IMG/VR virus record: IMGVR_UViG_2595698517_000001
Coordinates: 92,177-156,176 of that record
Length of the DNA stretch: 64,000 bases
Reading direction: 5' to 3' (one strand)
From: a virus
Taxonomy: Duplodnaviria; Caudoviricetes
The position numbers were made by a program, and so were the translations under genes. This document shows positions 1-9,329 of this stretch, piece by piece. The first letter of the stretch is position 1, and each line of letters starts with the position of its first letter. The notes beneath the pieces are model-generated. The model made no database searches and was not told the origin of the DNA. It worked only from the letters and a program-made list of their open reading frames with translations.

Positions 1-271
1 CGTCACTGTAATATTTGATACTGCCACCATGATTAAAAATTTTACTATGTAAAGTATCGTTAGGGTAACGTTGTTTGAATAGTAAGTAAGTTTTATCGTT
101 ACGTTTACTAAATCGAGCGGACTCTTCTTTTAGCTTGTCCATCTCTCGTTCAATCTCTTTTTCATTTAACCTTGTAACCTTTACAAACTTACTTTCCTCT
201 TGCTTTGTTGTCAAATTTATATTAAATGTTCGATCAGTATTGTATACGTTTAATCCTTTTTTTCTAGCCAT
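1..271 (-). CDS. Hypothetical protein, truncated by the window edge (MARKKGLNVYNTDRTFNINL...)
   Basis: Not in the ORF track. ATG at 271 with GAGGTG RBS; frame stays open to position 1. Confidence 0.8.
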   Translation of the reverse strand, partial: MARKKGLNVYNTDRTFNINLTTKQEESKFVKVTRLNEKEIEREMDKLKEESARFSKRNDKTYLLFKQRYPNDTLHSKIFNHGGSIKYYSD

Positions 272-318
272 TAGATTTCACCTCGCCCGTAAAGCTGTCT
301 CGTTGTTGTCATCGTCAT
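271..318 (-). CDS. 15-aa upstream peptide MTMTTTRQLYGRGEI
   Basis: GGAGAG RBS before the ATG at 318; stop overlaps the next start (TAATG). Confidence 0.4.
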   Translation of the reverse strand: MTMTTTRQLYGRGEI

Positions 319-376
319 TGTAATCTCTCCAATGTGAATATGTATTTTAGGACTTCGGCTATATCCTACTATCTTC

Positions 377-385
377 ATTATAGCA
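377..385 (-). promoter_or_regulatory. Extended -10 promoter (TGcTATAAT)
   Basis: Perfect TGnTATAAT just downstream of a terminator; no clear -35. Confidence 0.55.
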
Positions 386-390
386 CAAAC

Positions 391-425
391 AAAAAAGTAG
401 AGGAGATTCGGAAACCCCTCTACTT
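391..425 (-). terminator. Rho-independent terminator
   Basis: AAGTAGAGG/CCTCTACTT stem followed by a T-tract on the minus strand. Confidence 0.75.
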
Positions 426-431
426 AGTGTA

Positions 432-641
432 CTATTTATTATATGGATTGTATCGAGCATAGCCCAGGCACCAAACAGCGCTAACCGATACAGGTTTACT
501 TTTATCATACTGGATTCGCTTTAATGTTTCTATAGCTTTAACGATATTCCTAGCATCTAGCTTTATCGTACGGAACTTGTCTCCATAGAAGTACTCCATG
601 TGCCATTTTCTCATTTCACCGTTATGAGCTGAATTTGGCAT
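432..641 (-). CDS. Hypothetical protein
   Basis: 69-aa ORF co-oriented with the operon, overlapping the end of the upstream gene. Confidence 0.6.
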   Translation of the reverse strand: MPNSAHNGEMRKWHMEYFYGDKFRTIKLDARNIVKAIETLKRIQYDKSKPVSVSAVWCLGYARYNPYNK

Positions 642-1395
642 TGCCTAGCACCTCCGATTGTAACGCAATACTGTTAATGACAACCAATAGTTTATCGACC
701 TTATCCTTGTCTACCTTTTCAGGAAGTTCCGATTTTTCATATGCTTGTTGCAGCTTGTCCTCATAGTAAGCTACCATTTCCATAGCTTCTTTTTGTGAAT
801 ACTTCCCAGTCTTACATTCGATTAGCAGTTCCCTGTTAGGTCGGTATGTACAGAAATCATATGTCTCTAAGATTTCAATAGCAGATGTTCTTATTCTAAT
901 GCTATGACAAAACGCTCTTGTGTTATACCCGAATTTTTCAACGATGTCAGCTCTACCCTTTTGGAACTCTTTGTCTTGACCGTTGGCAAAACCACCGAAT
1001 CTACCTTTAACAAGTTTAGACAGGAATAAGTGTCTATTGTCAATTAATAGTTGACCTAGCGGACTGACTTTCATGTAGTCCTGCGGTCTTGTAAATAATA
1101 ACTCAATACTGTTTGGTGAGCTTGACATGGCATCCTTTACAAACTTGTTGATAGGGTCTACTCTAATATCTACGGAATCTTTCGTGCTTCTAAAGTTTTT
1201 CGACCCTACATTATCATAACCTTTAAAGGACTCAAGCCCTAAGTAGTAATCAATAGGTGGGATACATACACCTCTGAAGTCATGATCTGAGTCTTCTGTC
1301 TCTGTCCCGTTAGCACGAGAACCATACGGAGCTAAAATAATCGTTCTGTCTTCCATCCAATCATAACCAACCTCATTTAAATCTAACTTTACCAT
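622..1395 (-). CDS. Pol-beta superfamily nucleotidyltransferase (YcgL/RlaP-like)
   Basis: GS..G....SDxD motif (YGSRANGTETEDSDHDFRGV), PNSIELLF segment and helical C-terminus typical of the family. Confidence 0.85.
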   Translation of the reverse strand: MVKLDLNEVGYDWMEDRTIILAPYGSRANGTETEDSDHDFRGVCIPPIDYYLGLESFKGYDNVGSKNFRSTKDSVDIRVDPINKFVKDAMSSSPNSIELLFTRPQDYMKVSPLGQLLIDNRHLFLSKLVKGRFGGFANGQDKEFQKGRADIVEKFGYNTRAFCHSIRIRTSAIEILETYDFCTYRPNRELLIECKTGKYSQKEAMEMVAYYEDKLQQAYEKSELPEKVDKDKVDKLLVVINSIALQSEVLGNAKFSS

Positions 1396-1406
1396 CTCTT
1401 TTCCCC

Positions 1407-1619
1407 CTAGTATTTGAATCTTTCTGCTTCTTTTGAAAGCATAAATTTGTTATACATTGCTTTTGCTTTTGTCATGAATGTTGCTACTTGCTGAATCGTT
1501 GCATTCGTGTAATATACATGTTTGACTACACCTGTTTGCGGGTCTATAAGCATAGTAATTTCTTCATCTTCAGTACTTATTTGTAAGTCACCGCAGAACA
1601 TTTCTTTCTTAAGTTTCAC
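1407..1619 (-). CDS. Hypothetical protein
   Basis: 70-aa ORF with AAAGGAG RBS, downstream of a sigmaA-like promoter. Confidence 0.75.
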   Translation of the reverse strand: MKLKKEMFCGDLQISTEDEEITMLIDPQTGVVKHVYYTNATIQQVATFMTKAKAMYNKFMLSKEAERFKY

Positions 1620-1651
1620 TGTAACAGCTCCTTTATCTAATTTCTATAACT

Positions 1652-1680
1652 ACTGTAACATGTGATTGTCCTACGGTCAA
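1652..1680 (-). promoter_or_regulatory. SigmaA-like promoter
   Basis: TTGACC-17-TACAGT with TG extension. Confidence 0.6.
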
Positions 1681-1687
1681 CAATAAT

Positions 1688-2332
1688 TTACAACTGATAT
1701 TCTTTCGGTGTAACTTCTTTTCCTTCTCCTCTAACATGTGGTTTAATCCATACTTGACCATTCTTTGTTTTTCTCCAATGTCCCCTAACCGTCCATTTTT
1801 CGATGTGACGCTCGTAAGAACGTGTAGCAGCTTCTAGGCTCTCTTTCGAAACAGAAACTGTGTAAACCTTCCTACGTATCTTTACGGGTGCTTTTTTCTT
1901 AGACTTCTTTTGCTTCTTATGCCCCACCACAACAGTATGCGACTTTACACTTACACTTTCTGTATCATCCTGGGAGTGTTCCATATAAGCCATTAAAGAT
2001 GCATGTAACGAAATAAACACTTCGTTATACATTCGTATCATTTCTTTCTTTAACTGCGAATGTATTGCTTTCCCTTCGCCTGTGATGCTGTTCCATACCA
2101 ATTCATGTGTTACAGTACCATCTTCTAGGACAACACTATACACAAATTCGTCACCTTGCTTTTGGAATACGTATCTAATATCAGGTGTATTCGTATTAAT
2201 AATAACTCCTTGTTCTAGAACAGGGTTGAAGTTTCTAACAAGTTCCTGGTTAGCATCTCTCCAATCAAATAGTAATTCTGCATCCTCCTGAGAGATCACG
2301 ATTCTGTCCCATTTTTCAATTGTCTTATTCAT
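1688..2332 (-). CDS. Hypothetical phage protein with basic linker and C-terminal VRGHWR motif
   Basis: 214-aa ORF with AAAGGA RBS; WTVRGHWRK...WIKPHVRG motif recurs in phage proteins of unknown function. Confidence 0.8.
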   Translation of the reverse strand: MNKTIEKWDRIVISQEDAELLFDWRDANQELVRNFNPVLEQGVIINTNTPDIRYVFQKQGDEFVYSVVLEDGTVTHELVWNSITGEGKAIHSQLKKEMIRMYNEVFISLHASLMAYMEHSQDDTESVSVKSHTVVVGHKKQKKSKKKAPVKIRRKVYTVSVSKESLEAATRSYERHIEKWTVRGHWRKTKNGQVWIKPHVRGEGKEVTPKEYQL

Positions 2333-2364
2333 GTCAACACGTCCTTTGTTTTATTGTTAACCTC

Positions 2365-2393
2365 ATATTACATTAATGTTTTCTTAAAGTCAA
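2365..2393 (-). promoter_or_regulatory. SigmaA-like early promoter
   Basis: TTGACT-17-TAATAT with an AT-rich upstream element. Confidence 0.7.
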
Positions 2394-2421
2394 CAATAAA
2401 TGTATAAAAAAAAAGAAGGGG

Positions 2422-2670
2422 TTATTCCCCTTCTAGTAACTCCACGATCTCTTCTAGTTCCTCAGGCTTGAACCCTACTGATCGTTTTACCTCTACGTCA
2501 TTGTCGTCTAACAGAATTACTGTAGGTACTGAACCGATGTCAAACTTTGCTGCTTCACGAGGTTCTTTAAACGCATCGATTACTCTGTACTCCTTAACTG
2601 CTCTGTCTAAATATTCTCCTACTGCTTTACATGGATTGCAACCTTCGTTTTCGAATTTAATTATTTGCAT
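2422..2670 (-). CDS. Thioredoxin/NrdH-like redoxin
   Basis: CNPC motif and SVPT cis-Pro loop; last gene of the RNR cluster. Confidence 0.9.
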   Translation of the reverse strand: MQIIKFENEGCNPCKAVGEYLDRAVKEYRVIDAFKEPREAAKFDIGSVPTVILLDDNDVEVKRSVGFKPEELEEIVELLEGE

Positions 2671-3112
2671 AGATATGCTCCTTCACAAGTTTTTCAAATT
2701 CTCTCTTTTGGTACTCTCTCGGGTACCCTTCGAATTTGTATTTGGCTAATATCGTATTCTTCTCTTTCAATACGCTTTCTAAGTAGTCTAAGGCTCCGCA
2801 GAATAGTGGGTATTCACTTCTACCACTGCCAAACAGGATAACCTGTTTCCCTTCCATAGATTCTAATGTTTCTTGGAACCTTGCTATTTGGTGAGGGAAC
2901 TCAGGCTCTTGTTGGTATGTGCTTGAATATGTACTTACACCTAGTACGATGATGTCCGCATTGTCCAGGGCACGTTGTATTTCATCCGTACCCCTAAACT
3001 TTGTAATGCGTTCTGTAAACTCAAAATCTTTGTCTTCCAGGTAATCCAGGATTCCTAACGTGTTCCCTTTTTGCGAAGATACGATCAGACTTGCAGGTTT
3101 CTTAGAGATCAA
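2657..3112 (-). CDS. Flavodoxin (NrdI-like partner of RNR)
   Basis: SSQKGNT FMN-binding loop, GVSTY, FGSGRSEYPLFCGA. Start moved from 3181 to TTG at 3112 to avoid a long overlap with nrdB. Confidence 0.85.
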   Translation of the reverse strand: MISKKPASLIVSSQKGNTLGILDYLEDKDFEFTERITKFRGTDEIQRALDNADIIVLGVSTYSSTYQQEPEFPHQIARFQETLESMEGKQVILFGSGRSEYPLFCGALDYLESVLKEKNTILAKYKFEGYPREYQKREFEKLVKEHIYANN

Positions 3113-4217
3113 AGTCGTCTTTCCCGTCTGAGTGCTTGTAGTTGATTGCGTTACCTTGTAAGAAGTCTGCTTTAGGTGCAATCGCTCCCTCAGTTTGTTT
3201 CTTACTTCCGTAGTTTACAATCCATTTTGCTTTTAGTTCTCCATTTTCAGGGAATGGTTCTTGTAATCCTGCATTACGACAAATTAAATTAGCTAAGTAC
3301 TCTGTGTAGTCGTGGTATTCTTTAATAGAAAGCGTGTCAATATCACGGTATAACCAGGCAGACCATTCTTTCTCTAGCTGTACAGCTTCTCGTACAAAGT
3401 TCATAGAGTATTCCATATTCTCTTTTGTATTAAGCTGTGGGTTCTCTGCCATTAGAATTTGAATGATTAACCCGAATATTTCAGAGTGTTGGTTCTCGTC
3501 CGCTTTAATTAGGTTAATCATATTGTTTGATTCGAGCATTTTATTGTCACGAGCTAGTGAGTGGAAGTAAGCAAACCCACCTGAGAAGTATTCCCCTTCT
3601 AGGATTTGATAAGCTAGTAGACCTTCATAAAGCGCTTGTAGCGTTTCATCGTCCATTTCTACAACACCTGTAGCTCTTCGTTTAATGAAATATTCTGTAA
3701 GCGATACAATCATTTTGTCTAGCTTTTCAATGATGAAGTCGTTACGTTTCTTTAGTAACGGTAGCTCTCTTACTTCATTAAACGCACGTTCCTTTTCTGC
3801 GGCACCTAAAACTGTAGATGTCATATGCTCATAGGATACGTTATGAGTTGTTTCGAATGATGCAATGATAGTTAGCAATGTTCGTAATGACGGATCAGAT
3901 GTAGCCATGAATAAATATGTAACAACATCACTAGCCATCGAATCTAACCAGTTTAATGCACCCGAGTTATACTGATAAGCTAACTTCTCAGCATCAGTTA
4001 GTGTCTGATATTGTTCGATGTCTTTTCCCATCTGTAATTCTTCAGGAACCCAGTACTCACCAAATAGTGATTTTTGCCAGTCCAGGAATACAGGATACTT
4101 AACATCGTCCCAACTTCGAATGCCACTAGCCTTCCCACCAAAAATCTTAGTAGGAAGGTTCGGCTGCTCTGCATCGTAGATACGGAAAGGTCGTGCTTCA
4201 AATGAATTATTAAACAT
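3102..4217 (-). CDS. nrdB: Ribonucleotide reductase beta subunit
   Basis: Complete di-metal ligand set (WLDS, ETTH, LEG, DENQH) with the radical Tyr after the first ExxH. Confidence 0.95.
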   Translation of the reverse strand: MFNNSFEARPFRIYDAEQPNLPTKIFGGKASGIRSWDDVKYPVFLDWQKSLFGEYWVPEELQMGKDIEQYQTLTDAEKLAYQYNSGALNWLDSMASDVVTYLFMATSDPSLRTLLTIIASFETTHNVSYEHMTSTVLGAAEKERAFNEVRELPLLKKRNDFIIEKLDKMIVSLTEYFIKRRATGVVEMDDETLQALYEGLLAYQILEGEYFSGGFAYFHSLARDNKMLESNNMINLIKADENQHSEIFGLIIQILMAENPQLNTKENMEYSMNFVREAVQLEKEWSAWLYRDIDTLSIKEYHDYTEYLANLICRNAGLQEPFPENGELKAKWIVNYGSKKQTEGAIAPKADFLQGNAINYKHSDGKDDFDL

Positions 4218-4232
4218 TGTTCTTTGCTCCTT

Positions 4233-6554
4233 TTATGCTTCACACATTACGCAATTTTCAGGTTTTTCCATGTTAGATGTGTGAGTGTAGTAAATTGTTT
4301 TTAAGCCTTTCTCCCATGCTGCCATATCTAAACGTAACAATTCTGAACCTTTGATATTTTCAGATACGTGCATATTGTGGGAGATCGCTTGGTCTACATA
4401 TTTCTGCGCTTCAGCCATAACGTTAATTGACCACATCTCGTCCATTTCGAACGCTGATTTATAGAACCACTTAGTTTGGTTGTTGTAGTTAGGTGGTACG
4501 ATCAGAACGTTAATACCTGATTTGTTTTCTGTGTACATTACATCGTAAGGTGCATCAGCAGAAGGAGAACCGTTCATAATAATACTGTTTGTTGCTGTAG
4601 GAGCTACTGCGGCTGTATATCCGTTACGCATACCTTTTGCTGCAAGCTCACGGTACTCTTGCCATTCTTCTCCTACTAAACCTCTCTTATCGAAGAACTC
4701 TCCTGTTTGCCAGTCAGAACCTTCGAATAGTGGGTAAGAACCTTCTTCCATTGCTAACTTATGAGAAGCCTTAATCTGAGCTTTTAAGTAACGCTTGAAT
4801 AGTTTACCTGTGAACTCAGCCGCTTCAGGAGATTCCCACGGGATTCCCATATTTGTTAGTAATGTGAATAGTCCTAGTAAACCTGCACCTACTGCACGGA
4901 ATAACTCGTTTGTATGGTTCGCTTGTGGTACTGGGGTTCTGTTAAGTGAGATAACACTATCCAGTAACATAAACTGAACGTCTACTACTTCCTGGAACTC
5001 TTCGTCAGTCAAGTCATATGTATTGTGAGCCACTAACGAGCTTAAGTTACATGTTACTAGACCTTCACCTAAGATTTTAGTAACTACGTACCCTTTCTCT
5101 TCTAGCTCTTCAGAAACCTCTGTATCGAAGTCCATAACTTGAATGATTTCTGTACATAGGTTACTTGAGAATGGCATACCTACATGACCATTTGGATTTA
5201 AACGAGCTGAAGTATCAGACCAGTACATGTAAGGCGTTCCACCAGTTTTACGACTAGTAAAGATCGCTTTGTAAATCTCTGTAGCAGTTACTGTGCGTTT
5301 CAGTTCTAAATCAGCTTGTTCAGCCATACGGTAGTAATAAGTGAATGCATGGTCTTCTGCGTTTGGCTCTTCACCATCTTGTAACTTCTTCTTGTCGTAT
5401 AAACGGTTTAGATCAATGCCTAACTTTTTCTTAACCTCGTACGGGTCAAAGATTGTAAATACTTTCTTGTCACGTAAACGTCTCATGAACTCATCAGGGA
5501 TTGTAACAGCAGTTTTGATAGAGTGTGCTCGTTTCTCCTGGGAACCAGTTTTTAAACGTAACTCTAGGAATCCAAAAATATCTGCGTGCCATACTGGTAA
5601 GTATACAGCGATACCCGCTTTACGTGTTCCTGTTTGGTTTACATACTCTGCTGTAGTAGATAGTAAACGTGATGGGTGAATAGCTCCTGTAGCTGCACCT
5701 TTGATACCACGAATCCATGAACCACCTGCACGTAAGAATCCTAAGTAGATACCTAAGCCTGAACCATTTTGACTAAAGCGTGCAGCCTGCTCGATAACAC
5801 GGAAGATACTCTTAAGGTCATCGTCCATTGTAAGGATATGACAAGATGATAATGAACCGTGTGGCGTTCCTGCATTCTTTAATGTTGGTGTTGCTAACCC
5901 GATAAGATGGTTAGAGATAACTCCATAAGATACTTTGATAAGTGTTAATCGTTTCTCTTTTGGTTTGTCTTTTAACATATAAATAAGGGCTGTTAAGAAA
6001 CGCTCCTGTGGTAACTCTACTACTTCTTTATCTTCGTTCTTCACCAAGTATGTAGCAGCTAAGGATTGTAGTCCACTGTAACTGAATAGTTTGTCTTTTT
6101 CCTTGTCGATGATGTTACCAATTTCTTTTAACTCATCTTCGCTGTATGCTTCTAATAGCTTTTCTGAGTATGTGCCTGCTTCTACTTGTTCACGAACGAA
6201 CGTGTAATAATCTCCGTAACCTTTTTTGTAATCGAATCCACGGAGTTTACTAGCTTGCTTATATAAATACCTACGATAGACTGCTGCCGAGAAATAAGTT
6301 AGCTCAGGAGTTTTCGCTGTAATTCGAGAGTTTGTTTCACGAATGATATAATCAAACAATCGTACCGCTTCTACCTTCTCCTTAGATAAGATAAAGTCTA
6401 GTACCTCTTTGAAAATATCTTCAATGATCTGTTTGTCAATCTTCTCTTTATTACTTGTCTCTTCTAATAGCTCCTGAATGAAGTTGTAAAATCTTTGGGG
6501 TTCAAACGGTTTCTCTTGAATGTAACTCCCTCTGTCTTTCGTAATAATCGTCAC
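4233..6554 (-). CDS. nrdA: Class I ribonucleotide reductase alpha subunit
   Basis: ATPTL, LSSC, SNLCTEI, APTAT, KTIYY and C-terminal CVMC motifs. Likely start is GTG at 6554 (GAAAGGGTG RBS). Confidence 0.95.
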   Translation of the reverse strand: MTIITKDRGSYIQEKPFEPQRFYNFIQELLEETSNKEKIDKQIIEDIFKEVLDFILSKEKVEAVRLFDYIIRETNSRITAKTPELTYFSAAVYRRYLYKQASKLRGFDYKKGYGDYYTFVREQVEAGTYSEKLLEAYSEDELKEIGNIIDKEKDKLFSYSGLQSLAATYLVKNEDKEVVELPQERFLTALIYMLKDKPKEKRLTLIKVSYGVISNHLIGLATPTLKNAGTPHGSLSSCHILTMDDDLKSIFRVIEQAARFSQNGSGLGIYLGFLRAGGSWIRGIKGAATGAIHPSRLLSTTAEYVNQTGTRKAGIAVYLPVWHADIFGFLELRLKTGSQEKRAHSIKTAVTIPDEFMRRLRDKKVFTIFDPYEVKKKLGIDLNRLYDKKKLQDGEEPNAEDHAFTYYYRMAEQADLELKRTVTATEIYKAIFTSRKTGGTPYMYWSDTSARLNPNGHVGMPFSSNLCTEIIQVMDFDTEVSEELEEKGYVVTKILGEGLVTCNLSSLVAHNTYDLTDEEFQEVVDVQFMLLDSVISLNRTPVPQANHTNELFRAVGAGLLGLFTLLTNMGIPWESPEAAEFTGKLFKRYLKAQIKASHKLAMEEGSYPLFEGSDWQTGEFFDKRGLVGEEWQEYRELAAKGMRNGYTAAVAPTATNSIIMNGSPSADAPYDVMYTENKSGINVLIVPPNYNNQTKWFYKSAFEMDEMWSINVMAEAQKYVDQAISHNMHVSENIKGSELLRLDMAAWEKGLKTIYYTHTSNMEKPENCVMCEA

Positions 6555-6597
6555 TAATGCTGCACCCTTTCTAATTATGTCTGTAATGCCTATACTC

Positions 6598-6660
6598 ACT
6601 ATACCACATAATATAGTGTATATACAAGCTGTAAGCTAGAAAAAACCCTACATATAGTGT
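6598..6660 (-). promoter_or_regulatory. nrdA promoter with tandem NrdR-like boxes (6604-6619 and 6645-6660)
   Basis: TTGTAT-18-TATAGT with TG extension; CCACATAATATAGTGT and ACCCTACATATAGTGT resemble the NrdR consensus acaCwAtATaTwGtgt and are offset by 41 bp. Confidence 0.6.
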
Positions 6661-6690
6661 TTGTATAACTATATTGTAGGGAATTTTTTT

Positions 6691-7260
6691 TTAATTCTTG
6701 TTATATTCGTCCCACTCAATGTCTTTGTACATACCAAATATGTATTCAGGCTTAAATGAAGTGAAACCATCTAGCGTTGTCAGGATAACATCAAAGTGTT
6801 GTGGCTCTTTACGGATGTTATCAAAGCTAATTCTTTGAATTGCCGCAGGATGACCATTCACCACGAGCTCTCGGTAAATATCAGGCATGTAAGGGATCAG
6901 GATATAGTCCTTATCACGATTCTTTGAGAAGATTAAACAAGGAGCCATTCCATGTTCTTTCATTCTTCGTGCGTCTGTAACTACTTGCTCCCACCATTCC
7001 TTAATCTGCCCTGTGCCCAGGAATAAGTTATGTAAGCCCCATCCTTCACGTTTCTTACACTCGTAAACGAATGAGTTTTTACTACCTACAGGGAATACGA
7101 TGTCACCGTTCATACGACTATCTGCACCCCAGGTAGAACCTCCTGCACCCGATTGGGGAACTCGGTGTACCTGTTCCCCGCTCCATGCAGCTAACTTCTT
7201 TGCTATGTCTAGTTCATATTTAGAACCTTTAACTTTGCTGCCTTTACCCGATGATGCCAT
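6691..7260 (-). CDS. Holliday junction resolvase (Hjc-like PD-(D/E)xK)
   Basis: KGSKYE, RVPQSGAG, GDI and YECKKRE motifs. Confidence 0.85.
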   Translation of the reverse strand: MASSGKGSKVKGSKYELDIAKKLAAWSGEQVHRVPQSGAGGSTWGADSRMNGDIVFPVGSKNSFVYECKKREGWGLHNLFLGTGQIKEWWEQVVTDARRMKEHGMAPCLIFSKNRDKDYILIPYMPDIYRELVVNGHPAAIQRISFDNIRKEPQHFDVILTTLDGFTSFKPEYIFGMYKDIEWDEYNKN

Positions 7261-7263
7261 TTC

Positions 7264-7467
7264 TTAATCGTCCTCTCCGTAGTAAACTAAGAAGTCTTTA
7301 TCATCTTCTTTAATTTGAATGCTGTCTACACCTGAACTAGGTTCGGCTTCAACTTCTAATAATCCGTCAGAGAATGAAAGAACATCATACACTTTACCTT
7401 TGATGTTATAAGTGCCGCAATCGTCCGATACTGTACGTAAGCAAGCTACTTTTAAAGGCTCTTTCAT
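7264..7467 (-). CDS. Hypothetical protein
   Basis: 67-aa ORF, GGAGG RBS, translationally coupled to the upstream gene. Confidence 0.7.
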   Translation of the reverse strand: MKEPLKVACLRTVSDDCGTYNIKGKVYDVLSFSDGLLEVEAEPSSGVDSIQIKEDDKDFLVYYGEDD

Positions 7468-7853
7468 TATTTTTCCTCCTTCGCAGTCTCTTCTTGCTCC
7501 TCCACTTTAACTTCAGGGTGTTGTGGCGCAAGTTGTGTTTTCGCTTCTTCTAGGAATTTGTTGTATTTTACTTTAGCATCTTTGAAGATTTTTTGGTTAG
7601 CCCCTAACTTCTCAAGTACAATACCTTGGATACGTACTTGCTCCATAACGCTACCGATCGAAGCCTGCATGTTTTGAACTGTATAGCCTAATGCTACTTT
7701 GATAAGCGTACCTGCGTCCTCTACAGTGATCGAGCGTTTCTTGATGTCTTCAAGTTGAGCTTTCTCTTCTTCAGTCTCTGTACCACCATCGATTAGGTAG
7801 TTTACGAATAATGCTAATTCCTCATCTGTTAACGATTCAATCTTCTTTGCCAT
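7467..7853 (-). CDS. Hypothetical protein
   Basis: 128-aa ORF within the operon, GAGGAG RBS. Confidence 0.8.
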   Translation of the reverse strand: MAKKIESLTDEELALFVNYLIDGGTETEEEKAQLEDIKKRSITVEDAGTLIKVALGYTVQNMQASIGSVMEQVRIQGIVLEKLGANQKIFKDAKVKYNKFLEEAKTQLAPQHPEVKVEEQEETAKEEK

Positions 7854-8178
7854 TGTCTGTTTGCTCCTCTACTTGTAAGTGTTGTAATAAATCATCTTCG
7901 TTCTCTGCAAATATCTTAAGTATATCTGCTTGTGTTTTTGTATCTAAAGCCGAGATAACAGCTAGTAACCGTATCTCCATTAGACCTTGGTTAGCATCTA
8001 TAAAGCTTGTAAGTTCGTCTGCCATGTTAAGGAAGGCTTGTCCTACGTCCTCTAGGGTAACGTATTTCTCTCTGCCTTCCTCTTGTAAACGTAACAGCCC
8101 TTCACCGTCATGATTCTTCTTTAGGTAGATCGTATCTTCTATGTACTGGATAATCCTGTTATTAGGTGGTTTTCCCAT
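7837..8178 (-). CDS. Hypothetical protein
   Basis: 113-aa ORF between dUTPase and resolvase. Confidence 0.8.
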   Translation of the reverse strand: MGKPPNNRIIQYIEDTIYLKKNHDGEGLLRLQEEGREKYVTLEDVGQAFLNMADELTSFIDANQGLMEIRLLAVISALDTKTQADILKIFAENEDDLLQHLQVEEQTDNGKED

Positions 8179-8184
8179 ACAGCA

Positions 8185-8817
8185 TCAGCCTTTCTTCTTT
8201 GTTCCTGAAGACCCTGTTCCTTTCGTTCCTCGTACACTATCAGGTAGCTTGTCTGATTTTGTGAACTCAGCTTCTACTTTTTCCTGGAAGTGAATTTGCG
8301 CTACTCGGATATGTTTTGCAATGTATACTGTTCCCGCAGGTACTAAGTCTACAAATACATGTTTATCTAAATAAGGGTTCAGACCTGGGTAGCCTAATTT
8401 AGTAGCTTCCTCTTCATAATCTTTACGTGCTTTACGTAACACTTGTTTAGGAATGCTAGATACTTCGATACGGTCGCCTTTTGTATCAAATGCAAACGGT
8501 ACCAAGCGGCTATCCGTAAACACGTTACGAAGGATAATGCCTAAACCATTACGATATGTACCTTCTACAATGCCTGTCCCATTCGATAAGATTAATGGAG
8601 TATCAACAGACACGCCACTGCGTAGGTTCATTTTTAAACCATACTCATCAGGATCAAAAGCTAGTTTGAAATCTGTAGGAACGACTACTGAACTAAATGT
8701 CATTGGTGGTACTAATCGCCCTTCTGAAGCATAGATGTCATAAGCGAAGTCTCCTGGGTATGCTTGAGTTGGTTTCAAACCTTCTTCAGTGTTGTACAAA
8801 ACGTCTACTTTCTTCAT
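8185..8817 (-). CDS. dut: Trimeric dUTPase with internal insertion
   Basis: Motifs AYDIY, RSG, GIVEGTYR, RVAQI and RGTKGTGSSG. Start moved to ATG 8817 (AAGGAGG RBS). Confidence 0.9.
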   Translation of the reverse strand: MKKVDVLYNTEEGLKPTQAYPGDFAYDIYASEGRLVPPMTFSSVVVPTDFKLAFDPDEYGLKMNLRSGVSVDTPLILSNGTGIVEGTYRNGLGIILRNVFTDSRLVPFAFDTKGDRIEVSSIPKQVLRKARKDYEEEATKLGYPGLNPYLDKHVFVDLVPAGTVYIAKHIRVAQIHFQEKVEAEFTKSDKLPDSVRGTKGTGSSGTKKKG

Positions 8818-8880
8818 TAATGTTCCTCCTTGTAATATGTATACATTCAAGAGTGTATCATACAGCCTGGTTACTGTCAA

Positions 8881-9162
8881 TCACTTTTGCCATTCTGCTT
8901 TATAAATTTCACCTGTCTCAATATTCTGTAGGTTACGTTCTGTTTCTCCGTCAATAACACGTAGCCCGTACGGTTCTAACATCTCTGAATTTTCTTCGTT
9001 ATCTAGTTGACCCGAGAAAATTTGTTCCCCTGATTCTCGATCGTATACGTCAAACTCATAGTTCCAGGCAAAGTAGATTGCTTCAGCAACATCTTCTTTT
9101 GGGATGATATAAAAACATCCTTCGTCCCAATCCCACATTTTAAATTTATACTTAGCTTCCAT
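8881..9162 (-). CDS. Hypothetical acidic protein
   Basis: GAGGTG RBS before ATG 9162. Confidence 0.75.
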   Translation of the reverse strand: MEAKYKFKMWDWDEGCFYIIPKEDVAEAIYFAWNYEFDVYDRESGEQIFSGQLDNEENSEMLEPYGLRVIDGETERNLQNIETGEIYKAEWQK

Positions 9163-9174
9163 ATCGTTCACCTC

Positions 9175-9315
9175 TTATTCACTAACTGAGTCAAATAATG
9201 TTTTTCTTATTAGACCTTCGTATGTTAATCCTTCTTTTTCTGCCTTCAGCTCAAGCTTAACCTTTAAGTTTATATCGATCATCTCTTTTATTTGTTTCAT
9301 TGTTTCAGTAGTCAT
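9175..9315 (-). CDS. 46-aa protein, possibly ribbon-helix-helix-like (MTTETMKQIKEMIDINLKVKLELKAEKEGLTYEGLIRKTLFDSVSE)
   Basis: Not in the ORF track; AGGGG RBS; fills the gap in the operon. Confidence 0.6.
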   Translation of the reverse strand: MTTETMKQIKEMIDINLKVKLELKAEKEGLTYEGLIRKTLFDSVSE

Positions 9316-9329
9316 TTCAATGCCCCTAT

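Noticed and set aside
3113-3181. Long nrdB/flavodoxin dual-coding overlap
   Set aside because: Explained by a more likely TTG start at 3112.
3102-6554. Intron or intein in RNR, or a metal-free class Ie beta subunit
   Set aside because: Both ORFs are continuous and of normal length, and all carboxylate and His ligands are present.
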